Assembly: GCA_041163745.1 (NCBI GenBank)
Contig: JBEAQU010000032.1
Coordinates: forward strand, 1,454-65,453
Direction: 5' to 3'
DNA from: Bacteroidota bacterium
GTDB taxonomy: Bacteria > Bacteroidota > Bacteroidia > Chitinophagales > Saprospiraceae
Length of the DNA: 64,000 nucleotides
Below, one piece after another: positions 55,541 through 64,000 of the stretch; position 1 is the stretch's first letter, and the number at the start of each line of letters is the position of its first letter. The position numbers were made by a program, and so were the translations under genes. The notes below the pieces were generated by a model. The model had not been told where the DNA came from and ran no database searches. It worked only from the letters and a program-made list of their open reading frames with translations.

Positions 55541-56224
55541 ATGTTCCTGAAACTGTTGGGTCGACGACCCCATCCTGATTTTTACACTCGGTACATCGAA
55601 GGTTTCCGGTCCGAACCGAGCCGTAAGACTTCCTTGGAACAAATCCGATTCGTTGTTTTCGACACCGAAGCGACGGGATTGGATGTCAAGCGGGACAAAA
55701 TCCTGTCCATCGCGGCGGCGGGTATCCGGCAGTACCGGATCGACATGACAGACACCTTCGACTGCCTGGTGTTCCAGGAACAGCATGCCGCGGAAAGCGT
55801 ACCCATACACGGCATCCGCCGACAGGAAACAGCCGGCGGGCTGCCAGAACGGAACGCCCTGGAACATTTCCTCGCATTCTGCGGTCACAGCGTACTGGTC
55901 GGTCATCATGCCGCTTTCGACACAGCCCTCCTGAACGTCGCCCTACGGCGGCATGATGCCGGCAAACTACGAAACAAAATCCTGGATACCGTACAGCTCG
56001 CCATCCGGGTGGAACATCCGTTCCGGGCCTCCGTGCTCACCTACCAGCCGGGCGACTACAGCCTGGACGCCCTTTGCCGGCGTTACCATATTCCCGACCA
56101 GGAACGCCACACGGCCGCCGGTGACACCTATATCACCGCCGTACTGCTCCTGAAACTGCTCGCCCGCCTGCAGCAACGTGGAATCAGAACCCTGGGACAA
56201 CTCCTGGATGTCCCGAACATGTAG
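55541..56224 (+). CDS. 3'-5' exonuclease, DEDDh (DnaQ/epsilon-like) family
   Basis: ATG 55541. The motifs are [10 protein letters not shown] (Exo I), GHHAAFD (Exo II) and HTAAGD (Exo III, H-x4-D). Confidence 0.85.
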   Translation: MFLKLLGRRPHPDFYTRYIEGFRSEPSRKTSLEQIRFVVFDTEATGLDVKRDKILSIAAAGIRQYRIDMTDTFDCLVFQEQHAAESVPIHGIRRQETAGGLPERNALEHFLAFCGHSVLVGHHAAFDTALLNVALRRHDAGKLRNKILDTVQLAIRVEHPFRASVLTYQPGDYSLDALCRRYHIPDQERHTAAGDTYITAVLLLKLLARLQQRGIRTLGQLLDVPNM

Positions 56225-56339
56225 CCGCCAGACAGCTTGTAAATACAATTCGCCCGACTCGACCACCTACTGAAAAAATCCCATATTTGCCCCGACGGTG
56301 CCGCCCCGGCGCAGCGACAGGGCCAAACAATCCGACCGA

Positions 56340-59024
56340 ATGACATACGATGACTTCACCGCCGGCTCACAGGACGCCATTTTCCAGGCACAACAGCTGG
56401 CCGCCGACCATGGACAGCAGAGCGTCGGCTCTGCCCACCTGCTGCTGGGAATGATGCGGACGGATGCGAACCGCCTGTCCTTCCTACTGGAGCGCTGCCG
56501 TGTAGACCAACAACGGCTGAAGGATCAGCTGGAGGAGCTGGTCCGACTCACGCCCAAGGTCAGCGGTACGGAAAAACAGTACCTGACCCCGGAAGCCAAC
56601 ATGGCACTGGCCCGTGCCAAGAAATTGCTGCCGCAGTTCGAGGACCGCTTCATCACGCTCGAACTCATCTTGCTGGGCATCCTGCAAGGGGAGGACAAGG
56701 CAGGCAGACTGCTGCGTTCCCTGGGCGCCGCGGAGGACGTCCTCATCCAGGCCATCCAGGCTTTCCGCAAAGGCGTTCCCGGCCAGTCGAAGGGTGGGGA
56801 CGAACAGTTGCAGGCGCTGCAACGGTATGCGGTGGATCTGAACGCGCTGGCCGAGGAAGGCAAACTGGACCCCATCGTCGGTCGGGATGAGGAAATCCGG
56901 CGGGTTCTCCATATCCTCAGCCGCCGCAAGAAAAACAATCCCATCCTTGTCGGGGAAGCAGGCGTCGGAAAAACCGCCATCGTGGAAGGAATCGCCTGGC
57001 GGATCATCCGCCAGGACGTACCGGAGAACCTCCGCACAAAAAGAATCTTTACCCTCGACATCGCCTCGCTGATCGCCGGTGCCAAATACAAAGGGGAATT
57101 CGAGGAACGTCTAAAGGCGGTCATCCGCGCCGTGCAGGACGCCAACGGCGAGATCATTCTCTTCATCGACGAAATCCATACCCTGGTGGGCGCCGGTGGC
57201 GGCAACGGGGCCATGGATGCGGCCAACATCCTGAAACCCGCCCTCGCCCGGGGGGAATTGCGGACCATCGGCGCCACCACCCTCGACGAATACCAGCTGC
57301 ACTTCGAAAAGGACCAGGCGCTCGTACGGCGTTTCCAGCAGGTGTTCATCGACGAACCGGACGTGGAGGAGACCATCTCCATCCTGCGGGGTGTCCAGGA
57401 CAAATACGAGGTGTTCCACAAAATCTACATACGGGATGAAGCCCTCGTGGCGGCGGCGGAACTTTCGCATCGCTACGTTCCGGAGCGGCAGCTGCCGGAC
57501 AAGGCCTTCGACCTGATTGACGAGGCCGCCGCCAGGCTGCGCCTGGAACTGGATTCCGTACCGGAGGAGATAGACACCTGGGACCGCCGGCTCCGACAAC
57601 TCGAAATCGAAAGGGCCGCCCTGGTCCGGGAGCAACAGGACGGCAAGGTAAGGCTGCTGGACGAGCAGCTACGCCAGGCCCGTTCGCAGCGGGACGCCGT
57701 GCGCATGGCCTGGAAGGAAGAGAAATCGCAGATCGACCATATACAGTCCATCAAGCGGGGAATCGATGCCCTGGAGCAGGAAGCGGACAAGGCGGAGCGG
57801 GCCGGCGACCTCGAGACGGTCGCCCGCATCCGGTACGGCGAATTACCCGGTCGGCAGACCCAGCTGAAGACCGCCACGGAAACCCTGGCACGCCTCCCGG
57901 CCGACCGGCGCTACACCAACGACGAAGTGACCGCCGATGACATCGCCGCCATCGTCGCCCGCTGGACCGGCATCCCCGTCGCCCGGATGATGCAGCAGGA
58001 GAAGGACAAACTCCTCGTGCTCGAACAACACCTGCACCGCCGCATCATCGGCCAGGAGGCAGCTGTCAAGGCGGTCAGTGATGCCGTCCGCCGCAGCCGG
58101 GCCGGCCTGCATGACAACCGCCGCCCCATCGGGTCCTTCATTTTCCTCGGTCCGACCGGCGTCGGAAAAACCGAACTCGCCAAAGCCCTGGCGGAAGTGC
58201 TCTTCAACGACGAACACGCCATGGTCCGGCTCGACATGAGCGAATACCAGGAACGACATGCCGTCAGCCGGCTGACCGGCGCACCGCCCGGTTATGTCGG
58301 CTACGAGGAAGGCGGCCAGCTCACGGAAGCCGTCCGCCGCCGACCCTACACCATTCTCCTCCTCGATGAAATCGAAAAGGCCCATCCAGACACCTTCAAT
58401 CTGCTACTACAGATCCTGGACGAAGGCCGACTGTCCGACAACAAGGGCCGGACCGCCAATTTCCGCAACACCATCATCATCATGACCTCCAACCTGGCCG
58501 CCGACAAGATCCTCGAGAACTTCGAAGACCTGGAGACCATCGGTGAACAGCACCGCCAGGACGTCGTCGACACCACCCGCCGGGAAGTGCTCGCCGCCCT
58601 GCGGGAACAACTTCGGCCGGAATTCCTCAACCGCATCGACGAAATCGTCATCTTTCCACCCCTCCGCCGCACCGATATCCGCCAAGTCCTGCTCCTCCTC
58701 CTCCAACAGATTTCAGCTATGGTGGCCCGCCAACATTTCGGATTCCGCCTCACGGCCGCCGCCATCGACCTTCTCGTCGATGCCGGCTACGAGCCCGCCT
58801 TCGGCGCCCGCCCCCTCAAAAGGGCCCTGCAGGATCTTCTCCTCGACGAACTCGCCCGGCAGCTGCTCAGCGGCACATTCCCACCCGGCGCCATCATCCA
58901 TGCCGACCGCCGGCATGATGCCCTCATATTCCTGGACACCGACCTACCCGGCGCCCAAACCGTACAGGCATGGCGGGAATTGACCGACTCCGAACAAAAT
59001 GACATTTCCAAACCAGCATATTGA
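56340..59024 (+). CDS. clpB: ATP-dependent chaperone ClpB
   Basis: ATG 56340. It has a Clp N-domain, two AAA+ modules (GEAGVGKT, GPTGVGKT) and a long coiled-coil M-domain between them. Confidence 0.95.
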   Translation: MTYDDFTAGSQDAIFQAQQLAADHGQQSVGSAHLLLGMMRTDANRLSFLLERCRVDQQRLKDQLEELVRLTPKVSGTEKQYLTPEANMALARAKKLLPQFEDRFITLELILLGILQGEDKAGRLLRSLGAAEDVLIQAIQAFRKGVPGQSKGGDEQLQALQRYAVDLNALAEEGKLDPIVGRDEEIRRVLHILSRRKKNNPILVGEAGVGKTAIVEGIAWRIIRQDVPENLRTKRIFTLDIASLIAGAKYKGEFEERLKAVIRAVQDANGEIILFIDEIHTLVGAGGGNGAMDAANILKPALARGELRTIGATTLDEYQLHFEKDQALVRRFQQVFIDEPDVEETISILRGVQDKYEVFHKIYIRDEALVAAAELSHRYVPERQLPDKAFDLIDEAAARLRLELDSVPEEIDTWDRRLRQLEIERAALVREQQDGKVRLLDEQLRQARSQRDAVRMAWKEEKSQIDHIQSIKRGIDALEQEADKAERAGDLETVARIRYGELPGRQTQLKTATETLARLPADRRYTNDEVTADDIAAIVARWTGIPVARMMQQEKDKLLVLEQHLHRRIIGQEAAVKAVSDAVRRSRAGLHDNRRPIGSFIFLGPTGVGKTELAKALAEVLFNDEHAMVRLDMSEYQERHAVSRLTGAPPGYVGYEEGGQLTEAVRRRPYTILLLDEIEKAHPDTFNLLLQILDEGRLSDNKGRTANFRNTIIIMTSNLAADKILENFEDLETIGEQHRQDVVDTTRREVLAALREQLRPEFLNRIDEIVIFPPLRRTDIRQVLLLLLQQISAMVARQHFGFRLTAAAIDLLVDAGYEPAFGARPLKRALQDLLLDELARQLLSGTFPPGAIIHADRRHDALIFLDTDLPGAQTVQAWRELTDSEQNDISKPAY

Positions 59025-59219
59025 AATAATTTGCTTACTTTGGGATGAATATTCCATTACTTCCACTCCCCGTCGCCCAAAGGATGGGAAGTACCGGAAC
59101 CGCCGTCCCTACAGGACGACACATGGCTGACCGGTGCCATTCCCCCGCACCGGTTCGTCTTGTCCCGCCCGGAAGGTCCGGCCCTTCAATCCTCCAACAA
59201 CTACTCTCAATCGCGCGCA

Positions 59220-61124
59220 ATGACTAAACAGCTACTCCTGATGACCTGCCTGGTCACTTACCTGAATGCATCTGCCCAGTCGCCGGTCACGCCCAGACAG
59301 CTACCTTTCCAGCAGATGGCCATGCCCAGGATGCATCCGGCCCTGACCGGGTCGGAATCCCTGCCGGCAGTCCCGGTCCATGCCAACCACCCCCTTTTCC
59401 AACGTTCCGACCAGGAAGTCACCATCGGGACAACCGTATATGACCTCCAATCCAACAGCGGCACGCCCCGGCGGCTCGTCACCAACGCCGACGGCATCCG
59501 CTACGGTGTCTGGACCATCGGCAACAACGCCGGCAGCGGATACCCCGACCGCGGATCCGGATTCAACACACAGGAAGGTGGCGCCTGGGGGCCCATCCCC
59601 GACACCCGCATCGAGGACGCCCGCTGCGGATGGGCCAACGTCGATGTGGTAGCCGACGGCTCCCCGGTCGTCGTCGCCCACCGGACGGACCTCAACCTGA
59701 TGTACTTCAGCCGTTGGGAAAACAATGCCTGGGTGCACACGAACATCCCTACCGCTGTCACGACCGGCGTCATCTGGCCCCGGATGGCCGTCGGCGGACC
59801 GGACGGCAACACCATCCATGTCATCGGCCTGACCTACCCTTCCGCCAACGGCGGAGCACCCTATGCCGGCGTGGACGGTCACGTCCTCTACTACCGATCC
59901 CTCGACGGCGGCGTCACCTGGGACAAACAGGATGTCATCCTGCCGGAAATCGACCAGAACTTCTACACCCGCATGGATGCGGATTCCTACTCCATCGATG
60001 CCTCCGGCAATACCGTCGCCATTGCCCTGATGGCCGATTTCGGGGATGTCAAGGTCTCCAAATCCATCGACAACGGGGAAAACTGGACCACCTGGACCAT
60101 CAAGGATTTTCCCATCGACGCCTATGCCGTCGACCAAGGCTACACCATCGATGACATCCCCCTCGACACCCTCGCACCGGATTCCCTCGCCATCCAGTCC
60201 TCCGACAACACCGGCGCCGTCCTCATAGACCCGGACGGCACCGTCCATGCCTGGTACGGGGAGATGTACTATGTCGACAGCGACCTGACCGACGGCAACT
60301 TCTCCTATTTCCCCGCATGGATGGGACTGCGCTACTGGAACGAAACCTTCGGGGAGGATTCCACCCGCGTCATCGTGTCCGGTATCATCGATGCCAATGC
60401 CAATGGTGTCGCGGACATCACCGGCATCGACGTCATCCCGCTCTACTTCTCTTCCCTGACCTCCCACCCCAGTGTCGGGACGGACGGGGCCGGCAACATC
60501 TTCCTCGCCTATTCCGGCCTGACCGAAAACTTCACCCACGAACTCTCCACGCCCACTCCCGGCCAACATTGCCGGCACATTTACCTCATCTGGAGCGGTG
60601 ACAAGGGGGAGACCTGGAGCGAACCGCTGGACATCATCCGCGAGGACCTGGTCATCGAACCGGACCTGCTGCCACTGTACGAAACCATGTTCCCCGCCGT
60701 CGACCGCCATGTCGACGACCAGGTGCATCTCATTTACCAAGGTGACTTCGAACCGGGCCTGGCTGTCCGCGGGGATATGGATGCCGCGGCGGACAACTTC
60801 ATCAACTACCTCGCGATCGATGTAGCCGAGCTTGGAATCAACAACACCGCCGAACCCCGGCAGGACGGCCTGAATATGTCGCTGACGCCCAACCCGGCCC
60901 GACATACCGTCAACCTGTCCTGGTCGGCCGCCAGCGCCGCCGACACCTGGATCGACTTGTTCGACCGCACCGGCCGACGGATACGTTCCCTTCAGACCGG
61001 ACAGGTGGCCGCAGGCCGCCATTCCCTTCCGGTTTCCGTCGGCGACCTGCCCGCCGGTCTTTATTTCGTGCAACTGCGCAGCGGAAAGCAGGCGCGCTCC
61101 CTTCGCTTGGTCATCCAACCTTAG
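59220..61124 (+). CDS. BNR/Asp-box repeat (sialidase-like beta-propeller) protein with T9SS C-terminal sorting domain
   Basis: ATG 59220 gives a signal peptide. The Asp-boxes are SLDGGVTW, SIDNGENW and SGDKGETW. The CTD is LTPNPARHTVNLS...GLYFVQLRSG. Confidence 0.8.
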   Translation: MTKQLLLMTCLVTYLNASAQSPVTPRQLPFQQMAMPRMHPALTGSESLPAVPVHANHPLFQRSDQEVTIGTTVYDLQSNSGTPRRLVTNADGIRYGVWTIGNNAGSGYPDRGSGFNTQEGGAWGPIPDTRIEDARCGWANVDVVADGSPVVVAHRTDLNLMYFSRWENNAWVHTNIPTAVTTGVIWPRMAVGGPDGNTIHVIGLTYPSANGGAPYAGVDGHVLYYRSLDGGVTWDKQDVILPEIDQNFYTRMDADSYSIDASGNTVAIALMADFGDVKVSKSIDNGENWTTWTIKDFPIDAYAVDQGYTIDDIPLDTLAPDSLAIQSSDNTGAVLIDPDGTVHAWYGEMYYVDSDLTDGNFSYFPAWMGLRYWNETFGEDSTRVIVSGIIDANANGVADITGIDVIPLYFSSLTSHPSVGTDGAGNIFLAYSGLTENFTHELSTPTPGQHCRHIYLIWSGDKGETWSEPLDIIREDLVIEPDLLPLYETMFPAVDRHVDDQVHLIYQGDFEPGLAVRGDMDAAADNFINYLAIDVAELGINNTAEPRQDGLNMSLTPNPARHTVNLSWSAASAADTWIDLFDRTGRRIRSLQTGQVAAGRHSLPVSVGDLPAGLYFVQLRSGKQARSLRLVIQP

Positions 61125-61178
61125 CAAGCGCTGCAGACCGACCCGATCCCGGCATTTTCGAACTGGTCTGCGTCCGTC

Positions 61179-61225
61179 AAACAGCGACCGCCCTATGTTG
61201 CGAACACACAGGGCGGTCGCTGTTT
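61179..61225 (+). terminator. 16-bp hairpin after the BNR protein gene
   Basis: AAACAGCGACCGCCCT...AGGGCGGTCGCTGTTT with a 15-nt loop. The stem ends in TGTTTG. Confidence 0.45.
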
Positions 61226-61432
61226 GTCCGCCGGAATACGAATCGACGGCCCCACCCCGGGCCCTGGCAGCTTCCGCTCCGTCGACAGTGCCTTGCACGG
61301 ACCGTTTCCTACGGGACGGTGCGTGCGGTCCGATTTCAATTAACACATAAGTTTTTCGATGAAAAAACAGATATTTTCTATATTTACGCGCTCTACAGCA
61401 ATAAAATTCAATCAAACCAAAATTGAGTCATT

Positions 61433-63151
61433 ATGAAAAAAACATTTACGAAGCTCTCATTTCTTTTCACGATGATGTCTTTGGCCGGCGTGGCGAACGC
61501 CCAGATCAATGCAGGATCGCCGATTCCGGTGGATTTCGTCGTCACCGCACCGGCTTCCATCGCCGGAGCCTATGATTACGGAACGCAGACGGAGGACTGG
61601 GGTCCCACCCTCAGCCAAACCGTCACCGGGGAGGTTGTCTGGGCGTATGATGGCGTCGACAGCCTTTGTTGCGGTGCCGTCGTGTCGGACGTGACCGGCA
61701 AGATGGCCCTGATCCGCCGTGGTGCCTGTACGTTCAGTCTCAAGTCCTACAACGCACAGCTGGCCGGTGCCGCCGGTGCCATCATCTGCAACCACTATGC
61801 AACCGCTACGGACGATGGCAACTCCCTGGTCGGCATGGCCCCTGGTGATTCCGCCGCCCTCGTCACCATTCCCGCCGTGTTCGCCTCCCGCAACACCTGC
61901 GAAGCGATCGCCGGCGTCATCGACAACGGCGGTTCCGTGACGGCTTCCTTCGAAGTCCGCTCCTTCGGCAATGCCGTGGCCGCCTATTCCTACCACACGC
62001 CGGAAAGCGAGATCATCCCGCTGACCGACATGGCGGTCCGCTACATCAATCTCAATACCGACACCCTGCCGTCCATGACGCTCAGCGTGGAGATCACGGA
62101 TCCCAACGGCCAGGTGACGACGATCACGGAGGAAATCACCGACATCCCCGGACAGACGGTGGTCGACTGGATCTTCGACACACCCTACACACCGGAAGCC
62201 GTCGGCACCTACACCGCCAAATACACGAACTCCGAAAATTCGGAGGAACTGTCCAGCACCTTCGTCATCACACCCTACACTTATGCGCAGGACAACAACG
62301 ACGTCCTGGTGAACACCGATGCCGGTTGGATCGCACCGGGCAACCAGTCCTTTATCGACGGCGGATTCCGTTATGATTTCGGCAACTTCTACCGCACCGG
62401 TGCGGACGTACAGACCGCCACCCACATGTCCTTCATGCTGGCCAACCCGGATTCGCTGTTCTCCGGCGATCCGGAGGCGGATGCCTTCCAGATCATCCTC
62501 TACGATGCGGACCCGGACGGCAACGGTGATGTACCCGGCGATGCGGACAGCTACGATGCCCTCAACGAAACCGGCGGCGGTGCCGTATATGTCGGTATCG
62601 CATCCTACTCCCTGACCGGTGAGGAGCAGCCCTACGACATGCTGACCGTCGAGTTCGAGGATCCCATCACCTTGGATGCCAACAAGATCTACCTGCTGAT
62701 GGTGCAGTATGACGGGGTCGCCTCCGGCCTTGGCATCGCACCCTGGTATGCCTACGGCGGTGCCGGACCGGTGGCCGGCGGCCTGGGTGAGGCCGTCTTC
62801 ACGGACCGCTTCTACACGGGCGGCTGGAGCGGCGACTGGAAAGGGGTCATCCGCCTCCACCTCGACGGCTTCACGAATACGGAAACGCCGCTCGCCGAAC
62901 AGAAGATCGAACTGTCCCCGAATCCGGCCACGGATGTCGTGCGCCTGAGCCTGGACCTGGAGCAGCCCGCCGAGACCGTGACCGTCCGCATCCTCGACTT
63001 CAACGGCCGCCTAGTAAGCAGCCAGGAACTGGACAATGTGCGGCAGGGCACCTACAGCTTCGATGTCAGCAACCTGGCCTCCGGTATGTATTTCATGGGT
63101 GTGGAAACCCCGGAAGGATACCGCGCCAAGAAATTCCAGGTCGTCCGGTAA
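61433..63151 (+). CDS. PA (protease-associated) domain protein with T9SS C-terminal sorting domain
   Basis: A signal peptide, then a PA-domain pattern (GKMALIRRGACTFSLKSYNAQLAGAAGAIICN). The CTD is LSPNPATDVVRLSL...GMYFMGVETPEG. Confidence 0.8.
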   Translation: MKKTFTKLSFLFTMMSLAGVANAQINAGSPIPVDFVVTAPASIAGAYDYGTQTEDWGPTLSQTVTGEVVWAYDGVDSLCCGAVVSDVTGKMALIRRGACTFSLKSYNAQLAGAAGAIICNHYATATDDGNSLVGMAPGDSAALVTIPAVFASRNTCEAIAGVIDNGGSVTASFEVRSFGNAVAAYSYHTPESEIIPLTDMAVRYINLNTDTLPSMTLSVEITDPNGQVTTITEEITDIPGQTVVDWIFDTPYTPEAVGTYTAKYTNSENSEELSSTFVITPYTYAQDNNDVLVNTDAGWIAPGNQSFIDGGFRYDFGNFYRTGADVQTATHMSFMLANPDSLFSGDPEADAFQIILYDADPDGNGDVPGDADSYDALNETGGGAVYVGIASYSLTGEEQPYDMLTVEFEDPITLDANKIYLLMVQYDGVASGLGIAPWYAYGGAGPVAGGLGEAVFTDRFYTGGWSGDWKGVIRLHLDGFTNTETPLAEQKIELSPNPATDVVRLSLDLEQPAETVTVRILDFNGRLVSSQELDNVRQGTYSFDVSNLASGMYFMGVETPEGYRAKKFQVVR

Positions 63152-63230
63152 GCCGGTTCGCACCGACGGAGTCCGTCCGGACCATGGCCTCGGCAAGCAG
63201 GCCCGCCGGACGGATTCCCTTCAGCCAACA

Positions 63231-63263
63231 CAAAAGGGAACGGAGTATCTCCGTTCCCTTTTG
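63231..63263. terminator. bidirectional-looking terminator between convergent genes
   Basis: CAAAAGGGAACGGAG-TAT-CTCCGTTCCCTTTTG is a 15-bp perfect stem with A/T runs on both sides, lying between the stops at 63151 (+) and 63362 (-). Confidence 0.6.
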
Positions 63264-63361
63264 TATTGTATTACAGCGTACGGGAACGTACCGGACGGAC
63301 GGAAAATCAACAGTCCGGTCGTATGAAAACGAGCGGTGACAGGATGCTGGCGAGGACCGTT

Positions 63362-63829
63362 TCAGGTGTCCCGGTGCCCCCCGACCGGTCCGGCGCAGGG
63401 AATCTTACGGACCCGTTCCTGATGTCTGCCTCCTTCGAACGGGGTGGTCAGGAACACCCGGGCCATGGCGACGGCCATTCGTCGGCTGACGAAGCGGGCA
63501 GGGATGGCGAGGATATTGGCATCGTTGTGTTGACGGGCCAGGGCGGCCAGGGTCCGGTTCCAACAGACCGCAGCCCGGATGCCCTGGTGTTTGTTCGCCG
63601 TCATCGCGACGCCGTTGCCACTGCCGCACAACAGGATGCCGGCCTGGGCGTGTCCCTGCTCGAGCGCCAATGCCACCGGGTGGACGAAATCCGGATAATC
63701 GACGGACGACAGACTGTCCGTTCCGGCATCCATCACCTCATACCCATGGCGTTGCAGCCATCGCACGATGGCATCCTTGTACGGAAAACCGGCATGGTCG
63801 CAGCCGATGGCGATAACAGGGTTGGTCAT
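63362..63829 (-). CDS. rpiB: ribose 5-phosphate isomerase B
   Basis: MTNPVIAIGCDHAGFPYK...LLCGSGNGVAMTANK...FEGGRHQERV. Confidence 0.9.
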   Translation of the reverse strand: MTNPVIAIGCDHAGFPYKDAIVRWLQRHGYEVMDAGTDSLSSVDYPDFVHPVALALEQGHAQAGILLCGSGNGVAMTANKHQGIRAAVCWNRTLAALARQHNDANILAIPARFVSRRMAVAMARVFLTTPFEGGRHQERVRKIPCAGPVGGHRDT

Positions 63830-64000
63830 GCGTGTCGTCGGATTGGCAGTCCCTGGTCGGGACCAAGTTTATTTTACGAAAGTAGAAAGCCCGGATGGAA
63901 ATATGTGGGACATTTGCATTATTTTTCAATCATCCGGTGTTTTGTCCGAAGGATGCCTTCCTTTCGGATACCCGAAACTTTCGCCAGCGTGTTTCAGGAT

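Noticed and set aside
59301-62860. 704-aa and 467-aa minus-strand ORFs (59301-61415, 61457-62860)
   Set aside because: They are antisense to the BNR and PA-domain T9SS genes, which have signal peptides, Asp-boxes and CTDs. These are shadow ORFs.
1-64000. Search for tRNA, rRNA, CRISPR arrays, transposases, integrases and phage genes
   Set aside because: I found no T-loop GGTTCGAATCC-type cloverleaf candidates. There is no array of short regularly spaced direct repeats. I recognised no DDE or tyrosine/serine recombinase motifs in any frame. Absence is by eye only and should be confirmed with tRNAscan-SE, Infernal and ISfinder.

Overview
This is a 64-kb chromosomal segment of a high-GC (by eye above 60%) Bacteroidota-type genome. 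The taxon call rests on DUF4290, DUF4270, DUF5683 and DUF4249 families, five proteins with T9SS C-terminal sorting domains, and TAnnTTTG-like -7 boxes. Gene content, left to right: (1) a window-truncated retropepsin-like protease. (2) A complete minus-strand histidine operon hisG-D-C-B-H-A-F-IE (816-8088), preceded by a candidate His-codon leader peptide with terminator and antiterminator. (3) A SulP/STAS permease. (4) A ~5.6-kb block (10.24-15.88 kb) with no intact long ORF; it carries frameshifted remnants of an AAA+ (MoxR/AAA_5-like) ATPase, a PPR-like helical-repeat protein and other fragments on both strands. (5) A LolA-like protein, a YD/W-repeat T9SS protein and a DUF4249 lipoprotein. 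(6) A fructan/sucrose module (GH32, MFS sugar porter, PfkB kinase) interrupted by a PAP2/vanadium-haloperoxidase-like T9SS protein. (7) An MBL-fold hydrolase, parA-parB-DUF5683, Lrp/AsnC, trxA, ald, tsaE, an aquaglyceroporin, DUF4290, DUF4270, a short glycogen-synthase-like gene, panC, a small MIase-like protein and a gamma-CA-like protein. (8) An orphan DUF5691-like gene, a GT2, and a ~1970-aa T9SS type-B adhesin with three ~273-aa super-repeats. (9) A PQQ dehydrogenase with an inserted cytochrome c, then a 126-bp-period tandem repeat with nested palindromes. (10) An outer-membrane barrel protein, a TAT-signal sugar-phosphate isomerase/epimerase, a DEDDh exonuclease, clpB, two more T9SS cargo proteins and rpiB. 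I recognised no rRNA, tRNA, CRISPR array, transposase or integrase. Most long ORFs antisense to these genes are high-GC shadow ORFs. Family assignments come from motif recognition by eye, not from searches.
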